The notes beneath the pieces were generated by a model. It was not told where the DNA came from and made no database searches. It saw nothing but the letters and a program-made list of their open reading frames with translations. From a virus (lineage: Duplodnaviria; Caudoviricetes), in the IMG/VR virus record IMGVR_UViG_3300015607_000582, positions 64,001 through 128,000 of that record: DNA of 64,000 nt, one strand, 5' to 3'. A program made the translations under genes and the position numbers. The number at the start of each line of letters is the position of its first letter. Positions within the stretch are counted from its first letter, which is position 1. Below are positions 27,165-35,796 of this stretch, piece after piece.

Positions 27165-27176
27165 TCGACGATTAGG
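27165..27176 (-). promoter_or_regulatory. Class III motif variant
   Basis: CCTAA-TCG-TCGA just upstream of polyvalent protein A. Confidence 0.45.
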
Positions 27177-27309
27177 TGTGAGCCCACGACAGGCACTGCG
27201 CGGTCCCCTGCGCCCGAGGCGGCCACGCTGGCCGAAGAGGTCGCGCCCCGGACACAGGGAACCCGCAGTACGAGACCTCGATCACCTCCGCCATCGGACG
27301 ACAACCTCT

Positions 27310-27321
27310 TCATGGATTAGG
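27310..27321 (-). promoter_or_regulatory. Class III motif variant
   Basis: CCTAA-TCC-ATGA, intergenic. Confidence 0.5.
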
Positions 27322-27329
27322 CAGAGCAG

Positions 27330-27497
27330 TCAGTCGCTCGCGGGGGCGTCGTCGACCGTCTGGCCCACGCCTCGCCTCGCGCGCTTGGGATGCACATCGC
27401 ACCGAAGGCACACGTATGCAGGCAGCTTCTGCCGCGAGGTACTCTCGGCAGCGAGTTGCCGGACGGAGCCGCACAGACGACAGGTGGCCTCATCCAC
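27330..27497 (-). CDS. Small Zn-ribbon protein
   Basis: CRLC...CLRC. Confidence 0.5.
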   Translation of the reverse strand: MDEATCRLCGSVRQLAAESTSRQKLPAYVCLRCDVHPKRARRGVGQTVDDAPASD

Positions 27498-27723
27498 GCT
27501 TGGATGAACCGAAGCGACCCGGCGAGCCACCCGCGCCCTGAACAGTGCCAAGGCCGAACCCGGATCGGTAGTCGCGCTTGTGCGGCGTGTCCAGCCCCAC
27601 ACCAGCATCATCAACGCCAGCGCAGCTACAGGGAAGCATGAGCGATTCGGAAACCTCATCGAGCCTCAGCTCCCTCTCCGTGACGAACCCACAGCTCTCG
27701 CATCGGTAGTCGTAGACCGGCAT
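27490..27723 (-). CDS. FmdB-like Zn-ribbon protein
   Basis: MPVYDYRCESCG. Confidence 0.7.
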   Translation of the reverse strand: MPVYDYRCESCGFVTERELRLDEVSESLMLPCSCAGVDDAGVGLDTPHKRDYRSGFGLGTVQGAGGSPGRFGSSKRG

Positions 27724-28010
27724 CACCACGCCCTCCCCTCGTTGCCATGCTTGGCGAGCCACTGGCGGATGAGCTTGTACGCGCCCTCGGCTCGCTCCAA
27801 GGCGCGTTCGATGTCGTGTTCGTCGGGCGACCCGCGCAGGCAGTTGATCGTGCGGACGAGCGCCCGCTGCGTGGCGAACAGGTCGTCGACCTCCGGCACG
27901 GCGCGCTTCATCGGCTGGCGCTGGTAGGGGTGCTCGAACGACCGTGGCAGCGGCTGGGCGATCTGGAAGTGATCCCCGCCCAGCGGGTTGGCTGGATCGT
28001 AGGGGCTCAC
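27723..28010 (-). CDS. Hypothetical protein
   Basis: Coupled ORF. Confidence 0.55.
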   Translation of the reverse strand: MSPYDPANPLGGDHFQIAQPLPRSFEHPYQRQPMKRAVPEVDDLFATQRALVRTINCLRGSPDEHDIERALERAEGAYKLIRQWLAKHGNEGRAW

Positions 28011-28399
28011 TCGTCCTCCTCGTCCTCGGGCTCGTCGTCATCGGTGAACTCCAGCGCGGGAGCGCGGTGGTCGCCGGTCAGTGCGCCGAGGGGCGTGGCG
28101 TGCAGCTCGGGCTCGTCAGCCACCTCGGTGTCGTCGGCGGCCGCCAGCTCCTCCTGCGCCTGCGCCCTGCCGCGCTCCGCCCAGTAGTCCTTGACGTGGC
28201 CCTCGAAGCGGTCGCGCACTGCCTCCAGCTCCTTGGTGAGCGGGCTGTAGCGCACATCCACGAGGTTGTTGTGGCACTTGGCGATGTCCTCCGCCTGCTG
28301 CTTGCCCAGCGCGAGGCCGATGACCTCGACGAGGTTCATCAGGTCGGGGACGCGAACCTCGACGAAGTCCATCTTGTAGCTGTCGGCGTCAGACGCCAT
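28007..28399 (-). CDS. Hypothetical protein, acidic tail
   Basis: GGAGG RBS. Confidence 0.6.
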   Translation of the reverse strand: MASDADSYKMDFVEVRVPDLMNLVEVIGLALGKQQAEDIAKCHNNLVDVRYSPLTKELEAVRDRFEGHVKDYWAERGRAQAQEELAAADDTEVADEPELHATPLGALTGDHRAPALEFTDDDEPEDEEDE

Positions 28400-28715
28400 T
28401 GAGTGCCTCCTCGATCAGGGTCTCGATACGGTCGAAGTCTGGGGCGTGCAGGCTCACGGCCTGAATCGCGCGCTCCCAGAACACCTGCCTCATGCCCCCA
28501 GAGGAGCGCATGATGATGAACGGCGACGACTTCTGGTTGGCCTCGGCCATGAAGTCCTCCAAGCAGTGCTCCATGAAGCCTGCGACGCCGATCTCCTTGA
28601 TGTAGAGCGCGGGTGCCTCGATCTCCATGAGCGCCAGCACCGGATCCTCCCGGTTCTCCAGATAGAACTCCATGTGGAGGTCGAAGGCGATCTCTGGGCC
28701 CTCGTCGCCGATCAC
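28389..28715 (-). CDS. Hypothetical protein
   Basis: Coupled ORF. Confidence 0.55.
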   Translation of the reverse strand: MIGDEGPEIAFDLHMEFYLENREDPVLALMEIEAPALYIKEIGVAGFMEHCLEDFMAEANQKSSPFIIMRSSGGMRQVFWERAIQAVSLHAPDFDRIETLIEEALNGV

Positions 28716-28999
28716 TGGTCAGCCACTGCCTTCCCATGCGCGTCGACCAGCCAGATGAGCGACTTGCACACGCCGCACTGCCACAGGTTCACCGGGAGAT
28801 CGGGCTCGCCGGGGCGGTCGTCGATGAACTGCTGGACGGCGTTGAGCGGATGCGGGCACTCGGTGGCCGGGCGATCCTTGGCGGCCAGCACCTCGGTCTT
28901 GCGCATGAGCTGCGCGTCCGGGTTGATCTGCTTGATCGGCGCGACGCCGTCGCGGATCATCTCCTCGAACGTCGACATCTTCTTGGGCTGGTCAGCCAA
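28712..28999 (-). CDS. Zn-binding hypothetical protein
   Basis: CPH...CGVC; TTG start after GGAGG. Confidence 0.55.
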   Translation of the reverse strand: MADQPKKMSTFEEMIRDGVAPIKQINPDAQLMRKTEVLAAKDRPATECPHPLNAVQQFIDDRPGEPDLPVNLWQCGVCKSLIWLVDAHGKAVADQ

Positions 29000-29570
29000 G
29001 GCCGTCCTCCAACACATCGCGAATGGACTGCAGGTCTTCGATCCACGCCTGCCCTTCACTGCTTAGGAGGCCGCCACGGCGGGCCAGATAGGCGGGATCG
29101 TGGACTGGCATGACGGACATGTACATGCCGAAGCGATCTACCTTCATGACGAGGCCGTGTACCAGCGCGAGGCTGGGCAGCTTCTGGCCAACGATGAAGG
29201 CGGCAGGGCTTGCGCCGACGGCCACAATCAGGTCGGGCTTCGCACTCTGGATGGTCTGAACCAGATGGCCCGAGCAGTAGTCCAGCTCGTGCGCCGTGGG
29301 CTTCCGGTTCACACCTCCGGGGCCGACGGGGCGGCGCGGGATCAAGTTGGTGTAGAGCACCTGCTCGGCCAACCCGAGCCCCTGCATGATCTCGCGCACG
29401 ACCTCACTCGTCTTGCCCGTGAAGGGCTCACCCGTGCGCTCCTCGGTCTCGCTTGGCGCAGTCCCGACCACCATGACCGAGCAGGGCGACGCCCCGCTCG
29501 CCGGGACGAACTGCTGCGCAATCAGCGGGCAGTTGACGCACCGCAGCGGATGAGGGTCAGACGACGCCAT
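28992..29570 (-). CDS. Uracil-DNA glycosylase family 4-like protein (divergent)
   Basis: CVNCPL, VGTAPS.TEE.TGEPFTG, YTNL..RRP, NRKP, IVAVG, HDPAY. Confidence 0.78.
   Translation of the reverse strand: MASSDPHPLRCVNCPLIAQQFVPASGASPCSVMVVGTAPSETEERTGEPFTGKTSEVVREIMQGLGLAEQVLYTNLIPRRPVGPGGVNRKPTAHELDYCSGHLVQTIQSAKPDLIVAVGASPAAFIVGQKLPSLALVHGLVMKVDRFGMYMSVMPVHDPAYLARRGGLLSSEGQAWIEDLQSIRDVLEDGLG
29056..29067 (-). promoter_or_regulatory. Class III motif (inside the UDG 3' end)
   Basis: CCTAA-GCA-GTGA. Confidence 0.55.
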
Positions 29571-29573
29571 CAG

Positions 29574-30194
29574 CTACGCCAACCCCGCTCGCTCCAGATC
29601 GACGCCCTCCAGTCCCGCTTCGATGGACTTGCGCACGTAGCTCTTGAAGGCGTCCTCGTAGATGGGCCCAGTGATCTTGGGGTGGAAGAACGAGGGCAGC
29701 GGGTGACCGGCGACCGGCGTCATCGCCAGCTCGTGGTGGTACTGCACGACGTCGATGACCCGCTCATCGGGCGCGACGCCCTTGAACTGCAGCGACGTCG
29801 GCTCCGCGTGTCGCAGATACACGCCCTCGTTGACGAGGCAGATGTGGTCGACCGCATCGACGGCCGCCTGCCCCTCCGGCGGAATCGGCCACGGCAGGCC
29901 GTATGCGACACACATGCGCTCGTAGAGCTGGTGCTCCAGCTCCTTCTGCTCGTCGGACTTCCACGGTGTCGGCACGTCGTTGGTGACGGCCTCCGGCGCA
30001 TCGTGGAAGAGCGCGTAGATCGACCACTTCGGCTCGCAGAGCACAGCCGCCGTCAGCGCATGCGCCAGCACGGGGTAGTGCTCCTCAGTGTGGCCAGCGA
30101 AGCGAACGAGGCGGCCGAGGCTCGCCCCGATCTCGCGCAGGGTGAGGACGCCATCGTCGTGCTGCCAGCAGTGCGAGCCGTCGAGCGCAATCAC
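29574..30194 (-). CDS. HD-domain 5'-deoxynucleotidase (YfbR/YfdR-like)
   Basis: RFAGH..Y.V.AH..LFHDAPEA..ND.PTP.K. Confidence 0.82.
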   Translation of the reverse strand: MIALDGSHCWQHDDGVLTLREIGASLGRLVRFAGHTEEHYPVLAHALTAAVLCEPKWSIYALFHDAPEAVTNDVPTPWKSDEQKELEHQLYERMCVAYGLPWPIPPEGQAAVDAVDHICLVNEGVYLRHAEPTSLQFKGVAPDERVIDVVQYHHELAMTPVAGHPLPSFFHPKITGPIYEDAFKSYVRKSIEAGLEGVDLERAGLA

Positions 30195-30197
30195 GAG

Positions 30198-30788
30198 CTA
30201 CCTCCCGAGGAGCGTGCGGATCTGCGTGTCGAGGAACGAGAACCCGTCGTCACGCACCGTGTTGTCGATGGTCGCGGTGATGAAGTGATCGGGGAGCGGC
30301 ACCTCGGAGGGGTGGTCGCCCGTGTCCTCGTCGGGGCCAACGACACGCCAGACCTGACCGCCCCGCTCGATGATCGTCTTCGCCTCGTTCTCGAAGCGCA
30401 CGTCCGTGCAGACGAAGGTTCGGTCGAGGCCGCTCCCGAGGTCGCCGCTCAGGGCCATGTCGACCCAGAAGTCGTCACCGAACACGTCGCGGCCACCCTC
30501 GGTGCCCTTGAACTGCAGGTACTGACGCCCGGTGATCGTGAAGTGCTGGACGCCGTCGACCGAGACGGCAATCGTGCCGTGCTCCTTGAGGATGTTGGCG
30601 AGGTCGATCAGCTCCTGATCGGTGCGCCTGTTGCCGAAGGCGTCGCTGCGCATGCCGAGGCTCGCCATGGCGCTGATCTTGAGCTTGTCGGCGAAGCCGA
30701 AGCGGACGGGCTCGATGCCCAGCGCCGCCATGCGCTCGCAGACCGTGTCCTTGCCGCTCCCGAGGCGGCCGTGGATCCCGATCAGCAT
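30198..30788 (-). CDS. Deoxynucleoside monophosphate kinase
   Basis: GRLGSGKDT, FADKLK, RQYLQ..GTE.GR, TDVRFENE, HPSE. Confidence 0.88.
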   Translation of the reverse strand: MLIGIHGRLGSGKDTVCERMAALGIEPVRFGFADKLKISAMASLGMRSDAFGNRRTDQELIDLANILKEHGTIAVSVDGVQHFTITGRQYLQFKGTEGGRDVFGDDFWVDMALSGDLGSGLDRTFVCTDVRFENEAKTIIERGGQVWRVVGPDEDTGDHPSEVPLPDHFITATIDNTVRDDGFSFLDTQIRTLLGR

Positions 30789-31039
30789 CAGCAGTTCTCC
30801 GAGTTCTCGGTGTAGAACTCCGTGACCTTCTCGTCGACGCGCTCCTTGAGCACCTCGTAGCGGTCGGCGACGAACGCCTCGACCAGCTCCTCGGACAGGC
30901 CCTCGACGTTCCACCGCTCGGTCTGCGAGACGTGCAGGTCAGCACTCTCGTACTTCGCGATGCTGGCCTTCACTCCAGCGGAGTAGCTGACGACAGCCTC
31001 GATCTGCTTGGGCTGCGGCAGTTCCTTCTTCGGCGGCAT
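30788..31039 (-). CDS. Hypothetical protein
   Basis: First gene after a class II promoter. Confidence 0.6.
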   Translation of the reverse strand: MPPKKELPQPKQIEAVVSYSAGVKASIAKYESADLHVSQTERWNVEGLSEELVEAFVADRYEVLKERVDEKVTEFYTENSENC

Positions 31040-31068
31040 GCTTCCCCCATGGGTTGGACTTGCGCCCC

Positions 31069-31094
31069 ATCATAGAGACGGCGTCGGACGAACC
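31069..31094 (-). promoter_or_regulatory. Class II promoter
   Basis: GGTTCGTCCGAC-N8-TATGAT. Confidence 0.75.
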
Positions 31095-32357
31095 TCAGCC
31101 GCGATAGCGCCACGAGCGCCAAGTGACGTCGCCGCGCTGGGGATCGAACAGCACCAGCTCCGGGTGCCAGCGCCCATCCGGATGGAGCACGATGACCCCG
31201 AAGGACTGACCCACGTCGTGCGCGTGGTTGTAGCCGAGGTCGCGGCGAGCCATCGTGCCGACGCTCCACGCGATCCGCTGCACGTACCCGTTGGCGGTGC
31301 GCTTGGGGACGACGTTGATCGCGGTCTTGTGGTCGTGGCCCTGAAAGACGTCGACGCCCTCCCAGTTCTGCAGCTCCCGCACCGCGCCGCCACCCTTGCC
31401 CGTGTACACGCCGTGCAGGCCAAGCAGCTCGTCGGTCAGGTGCAGGATGTTGTCGTGGTACTCGCCGCCACTGTCGACGAGGTTGATGCGCAGCGAGTCG
31501 AGGTTGAGGACGCTGCGGAGACCGAGCAGTGGGTGATCCTCGCCGGGCCGCGTCAGCTCCGCCAGCTCGGGGAACTTCTCAAGGATGCGGTACCAGAGCC
31601 AGTGGTCGTGGTTGCCGACGATGAGGTCGAAGTCTGCGTCAGGTGCTGCGTTGCGCCAGCGGGCGAGGAGCGCGTAGGTACCCATCTGGGACTCCTCGAC
31701 GCTGATGTCGAGGTCGACCCGCTTGTTCTTGCGATGGCGGCTGAACGGCGAGGCGTCCCATGCGTCACCCAAGCAGATGACACGCTCGGGCTGGAACTCC
31801 TCCAGCCACGCGACTGACGCCTCCTCCATGATCTCCTCGTTGAGGGGCGCGTGGGGGTCGGGGAAGATGGGGATGAGCTTCGGCTCGTTCGACTTGCCAC
31901 GCGACGGGCGAGCGGGCGGCGGCACCCAGCCGGGCTTGAGGTCGAGCTGGAGGCTGGAGAAGTCGGGCTTGCGCTCCAGCCAGAGCTTGAGCTGGTAGCT
32001 GGGGTTCTCCGGGTTGCCCCACCAGCTCGCGACCGCCTTCTTCTCGACGTAGTTGTCGGGGTCGAGCCCGTGCAGCTCTTTCAGCTCATCCGGCGTGATC
32101 TGCTTGCGGTCGGACAGCTTGACCCATGGCCCGGTGATCTCGACGTCCCGCCCGCTGACCGTGATTCCGGGGCGGCTGGTGTCGGGGTTGACGGGCCCCT
32201 CGACGTTGCGCTTCTTCGCGCGCCTGACGGAGTCCTTGGTGGTCTGGACGCCGAGGAGCTTGAGCTGCTCGACGATCTGCACGTTGGTCAGTCCAGACGA
32301 GGCCCACGCCGCGATCTGCCCCAGATATGGATCGAGCGGCGAAGTCCCACTACTCAT
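31095..32357 (-). CDS. Calcineurin-like metallophosphoesterase with N-terminal HTH-like region
   Basis: PDPH, LGD..D, GNHD, HG, GHDH. Confidence 0.85.
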   Translation of the reverse strand: MSSGTSPLDPYLGQIAAWASSGLTNVQIVEQLKLLGVQTTKDSVRRAKKRNVEGPVNPDTSRPGITVSGRDVEITGPWVKLSDRKQITPDELKELHGLDPDNYVEKKAVASWWGNPENPSYQLKLWLERKPDFSSLQLDLKPGWVPPPARPSRGKSNEPKLIPIFPDPHAPLNEEIMEEASVAWLEEFQPERVICLGDAWDASPFSRHRKNKRVDLDISVEESQMGTYALLARWRNAAPDADFDLIVGNHDHWLWYRILEKFPELAELTRPGEDHPLLGLRSVLNLDSLRINLVDSGGEYHDNILHLTDELLGLHGVYTGKGGGAVRELQNWEGVDVFQGHDHKTAINVVPKRTANGYVQRIAWSVGTMARRDLGYNHAHDVGQSFGVIVLHPDGRWHPELVLFDPQRGDVTWRSWRYRG

Positions 32358-32390
32358 GCGTCCCCCATTGTCAGTGCCAACCCGATGTGG

Positions 32391-34670
32391 CTACTCCATG
32401 TTCCGGCGGAAGGCGGGCGGCACCTTGTCGATCACCACGCGACTGCTCCGGCGCATGTCCCACTTCAACTCCGGCTCGTCGGCTGCCACGACGGTGCGCT
32501 TCGACGATTCCTTGATGCGTCGCGACCGCTTGCTCAGCTCGATCTCGATCATGGTCTCCTTGAGCCCCGCCAGTCGCCTGTCCACTTCCTCCGGATCCAG
32601 CTCGGCAAAGCTGGCTCCGACTGGCTTCGGCATACCGGGGCGACGCTCGTCGCTGATCGGCGGCCTTGCCCCCATGTTGCCTGCACCGCCGGACGAACCT
32701 CCGGGGATGGGCGGAGCCCCGCCCGGAGGAGTGCCCAGTCCCGGCGGAGGGGGCGGCATCACGATGCCGCCGGGCAGACCGCCCGCCATGTCGCCGCCGG
32801 GAGGCGGGCCGCCCACCATGCCGCCGCCCATGTCGCCGCCGGGCGGCGGGCCGCCCATGCCACCCGGAGCACCGGGCCCCATCGCGGGTGCGTTCGTGCT
32901 CTCGACCTCGGCCTTGAGGTCGGGCGGAATCGGCAGGCCCTGCGTCTGCAGGATCTTGTACGTCTGGAGCTTCGCCTGCTGCTGGGCGACGGTCTTCTGG
33001 ATCATCTCCTCGGACAGCTCATCGAGCGTGTCCTTGAAGTCGAAGCCGACGTTGACCATGAGGCGGTTGTCACTGATCGGGGCACCCATGGCGCGCAGGG
33101 TCTGGAGGAACTGTCGCTCCGTCGCCTCGTCGCGCATGTTGAAGTTCTCGAACTGCAGGTCGATGTCGAGGAGCTTGTGCTTCTCGACGATGTAGGGATC
33201 GCCGTCATCGTCGTACTCGATCACTTCCTCCATGATCGGCACGCGGGTCTGGCCCCGCTTCTCGTAGTCGTAGTGGCCCTGCGCCTCGGCGACCACCTGA
33301 GCCCGCTCGGTGAAGAACCGCTTCAGGTAGTTCTGGTAGGTCTTCATCTGCTGGTTCATGAACTCCGCCTGCAGGGCGGAGCTGGCGTACGGCTGCGCGT
33401 TCGAGCCACTGGAAAGCAGCGACGGGTTGATGCCGAAGCCCTGCATGATGCGGCGCTCGATGCGGTCGAAGTCGTTGCCGAGATCCGGCACCTGCTCGCG
33501 GCCGAAGACGTTCTGGACGTCGAGCGCGTGATGGTAGACGAGCAGGCGGAAGTCGCTGGCGAGCGCGATGTCCATGTCGTCGCGGAAGCTGTCGAGCTGG
33601 TCGGGCGTCGGCAGCCACCCCTCCTGCCCGGCGATCATGTCGCTCGTGCCGAGCTTGGCGAGGATGAGCGGCGAGTACAGGCGCTCTGCGATGGCGTCCT
33701 GCGACGCCAGCAGCTTCTCCTCGTGGAGCAGCGTGCGCAGGATGCCGAGCATGATCGGCGTACCGTGATCGTCCCAGTCCGTGTGCGTCGTCGCGATGTG
33801 CTTGAGCATCACGTCGGACACGGGGAACGGCTCGCCGCGCAGGGCGTACGGGATCAGGTGCTCGTAGTTGATCTGGAGCTGCTTGTACTCGTCGGACGGC
33901 GACTTCGTCTGCGCGAGGCGGCGCAGGGATTCGGGCAGGTGAACCTTGAGCTGCTGGGTGCCCATGAGCGGGAACCGCTCGATGACGATGTTCTCGGGGT
34001 TGAGCAGCTCTTCGCGCTCCCACACGCCGAGGCTCTCGTTGAACGAGCCGAGCGGGAACGCCTCGCCGACCGTGAACACCTCGCGGCCGATCTTGTAGAG
34101 GAACTCCTCGTAGTTCAGCTTGTCGAGGAACTCCTCCTCGTAGAACTGCGTGACCTTGCGATCCTGACACTCGATGCGCAGCCCGGCCAGCGGGAATCGC
34201 GAGTAGATTTCCACGAGCTGCTTGACGAGGTAGTGCGTCGAGTAGTACAGGCGCATCCACTTGTGCAGCTTGTGGCGATGCCCCTCGTCGGCCATGTTCC
34301 ACGGCAGGCCGGAGAGATCCCAGTATTCCATGGGGTCGTAGAAGCGCGGCAGGGCGGCCATGACGTCGGAGCCCATCGACCCGATCTTCTGCATGCCCAT
34401 CGACGCGCTGGCGTTCCGGTGACGCCGCATCGCCGAGATGACCTCGGCGTTCTTCTGGAGATCGCGCACCTCGGGGCTCGAAGCCGTCCGCTCGAAGTGC
34501 GACCGGACGTCGGCCTGAAGCTGCCCCGGCGTCTTCACCATGGAGGCGTAGTCGTTCGCCGCCGCCATCCGGGCCTTGTAGTTGCGCGGGAGCGAGACCC
34601 CCTGCGCCTGCAGGCTCTGCAGCTCGCGTGCAAGGTCTCGCGGAACCTTCTTGCGCTTTCCGTCACTCAT
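32391..34670 (-). CDS. Portal protein
   Basis: Size, position near terminase; PRFYDP, YSRFP, GEAFP, LLNPE, G.PI patterns; Pro/Gly-rich C-terminus. Confidence 0.75.
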   Translation of the reverse strand: MSDGKRKKVPRDLARELQSLQAQGVSLPRNYKARMAAANDYASMVKTPGQLQADVRSHFERTASSPEVRDLQKNAEVISAMRRHRNASASMGMQKIGSMGSDVMAALPRFYDPMEYWDLSGLPWNMADEGHRHKLHKWMRLYYSTHYLVKQLVEIYSRFPLAGLRIECQDRKVTQFYEEEFLDKLNYEEFLYKIGREVFTVGEAFPLGSFNESLGVWEREELLNPENIVIERFPLMGTQQLKVHLPESLRRLAQTKSPSDEYKQLQINYEHLIPYALRGEPFPVSDVMLKHIATTHTDWDDHGTPIMLGILRTLLHEEKLLASQDAIAERLYSPLILAKLGTSDMIAGQEGWLPTPDQLDSFRDDMDIALASDFRLLVYHHALDVQNVFGREQVPDLGNDFDRIERRIMQGFGINPSLLSSGSNAQPYASSALQAEFMNQQMKTYQNYLKRFFTERAQVVAEAQGHYDYEKRGQTRVPIMEEVIEYDDDGDPYIVEKHKLLDIDLQFENFNMRDEATERQFLQTLRAMGAPISDNRLMVNVGFDFKDTLDELSEEMIQKTVAQQQAKLQTYKILQTQGLPIPPDLKAEVESTNAPAMGPGAPGGMGGPPPGGDMGGGMVGGPPPGGDMAGGLPGGIVMPPPPPGLGTPPGGAPPIPGGSSGGAGNMGARPPISDERRPGMPKPVGASFAELDPEEVDRRLAGLKETMIEIELSKRSRRIKESSKRTVVAADEPELKWDMRRSSRVVIDKVPPAFRRNME

Positions 34671-34924
34671 GTGGCTTCGCCTCCGGCGAGTCTCGCGTCA
34701 ACGATGGCCTGCAGACGCTCTCGGGAAATCCAGCCCCTGTCGGCCTCCCAGTGGCAGTTGCCGCAGAGGTAGGCGACGTTCGAGAGGCGGTACTTGCCTC
34801 CCTCCTTGCCGGGGAGGATCCGGTGGCGCTGGGTGAACTTGTCGTAGCCGCATATCTCACACGACTTGAGTTGGGCGCACTTGACCGCCCGCTTCCCGTC
34901 CTTCTTCGGAGCCGCGTCGCCCAT
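34667..34924 (-). CDS. Small HNH endonuclease-like protein
   Basis: CEICG..HRI.P..GG..SN..LCGNCH. Confidence 0.7.
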   Translation of the reverse strand: MGDAAPKKDGKRAVKCAQLKSCEICGYDKFTQRHRILPGKEGGKYRLSNVAYLCGNCHWEADRGWISRERLQAIVDARLAGGEAT

Positions 34925-34932
34925 CCCCGGCG

Positions 34933-35784
34933 TCAGACTTCGACGCGCCAGCGGGAGGTGACGGCACTCCCCTGCCCCTCGGGCGTGGGGAAGGTGTCCG
35001 TCCTGTCGCCGACCTGCTCCTCGCCGATGGGGGAGTCGACGTCGACCTGCTTGCCCGTCTCGCTCACGAGATCCGGATCCTGCTTGAGCGTGTCGGCGTT
35101 GTCCGGAGCGATGCCCTGCATCTCGCTGGGGTTCGCCTTCGACGGGACATCGGCGCTCGTCGCGGTGCCGTTCTCGATGAACTCGCCGCCGAGCCCGGTG
35201 GTCGAGCCGTCGGCGGTCGACGTCGGCAGGCTCTCGGTCGACTGCGTGTAGGTGTCCCCGTCCGCGTCGGCCGTCTTGGAGCCCACCGCCTCGTAGAGCT
35301 GCTTCTTGCGATCCTCGTGGTACTTGCGCGTGGCCGCGTCGATGTCGCCATCGACCTCACCGGGGTGAGGCGGATCGAGGATCTCGCCCGCGCCGCCGCC
35401 GCACACCGGGCACTCCATCGTGGAGACATCGACCGGAGCGCCGCAGTCGGGGCAGGTGGTGTCGCGAGGGCGCTCGTAGTTGACCACCGAGTTGGCGACC
35501 TCGACCGGGTTGGCGGCCTGTCGCAGCGACGACATCGCCGCATCGAGCGCGGTCTGGATGTCGGCATGCTCGGTCAGGCCGTGCTCGGCGCACGCCTCCT
35601 TGACCGTCGCGAGGATGTCGCTCTGGATGAGTTCGATGCGCTCCTCGGCGTCGCTGGAGCTGCCAACGAACTTGGCGAACTTCTGCTGGACGCGCGAGAC
35701 CGATGCGATGGCCGCTCGACCCGTGTTGCGCTTGTGCGAGTCATCGTCTTCGAGCTTGGCGATGACGGAGAACATGTCGGACAT
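34933..35784 (-). CDS. Putative head/virion protein with Zn ribbon
   Basis: Late operon between terminase and portal; CPDC..CPVC; acidic. Confidence 0.5.
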   Translation of the reverse strand: MSDMFSVIAKLEDDDSHKRNTGRAAIASVSRVQQKFAKFVGSSSDAEERIELIQSDILATVKEACAEHGLTEHADIQTALDAAMSSLRQAANPVEVANSVVNYERPRDTTCPDCGAPVDVSTMECPVCGGGAGEILDPPHPGEVDGDIDAATRKYHEDRKKQLYEAVGSKTADADGDTYTQSTESLPTSTADGSTTGLGGEFIENGTATSADVPSKANPSEMQGIAPDNADTLKQDPDLVSETGKQVDVDSPIGEEQVGDRTDTFPTPEGQGSAVTSRWRVEV

Positions 35785-35796
35785 GAACGGGTGCTC

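Noticed and set aside
27177-27312. Small ORF between two class III motifs
   Set aside because: Candidate frames lack a convincing RBS or codon bias
32674-32699. GGTTCGTCCGGC inside the portal gene
   Set aside because: Followed by CAACAT rather than TANNNT and explained by GSSG codons; at best a weak copy
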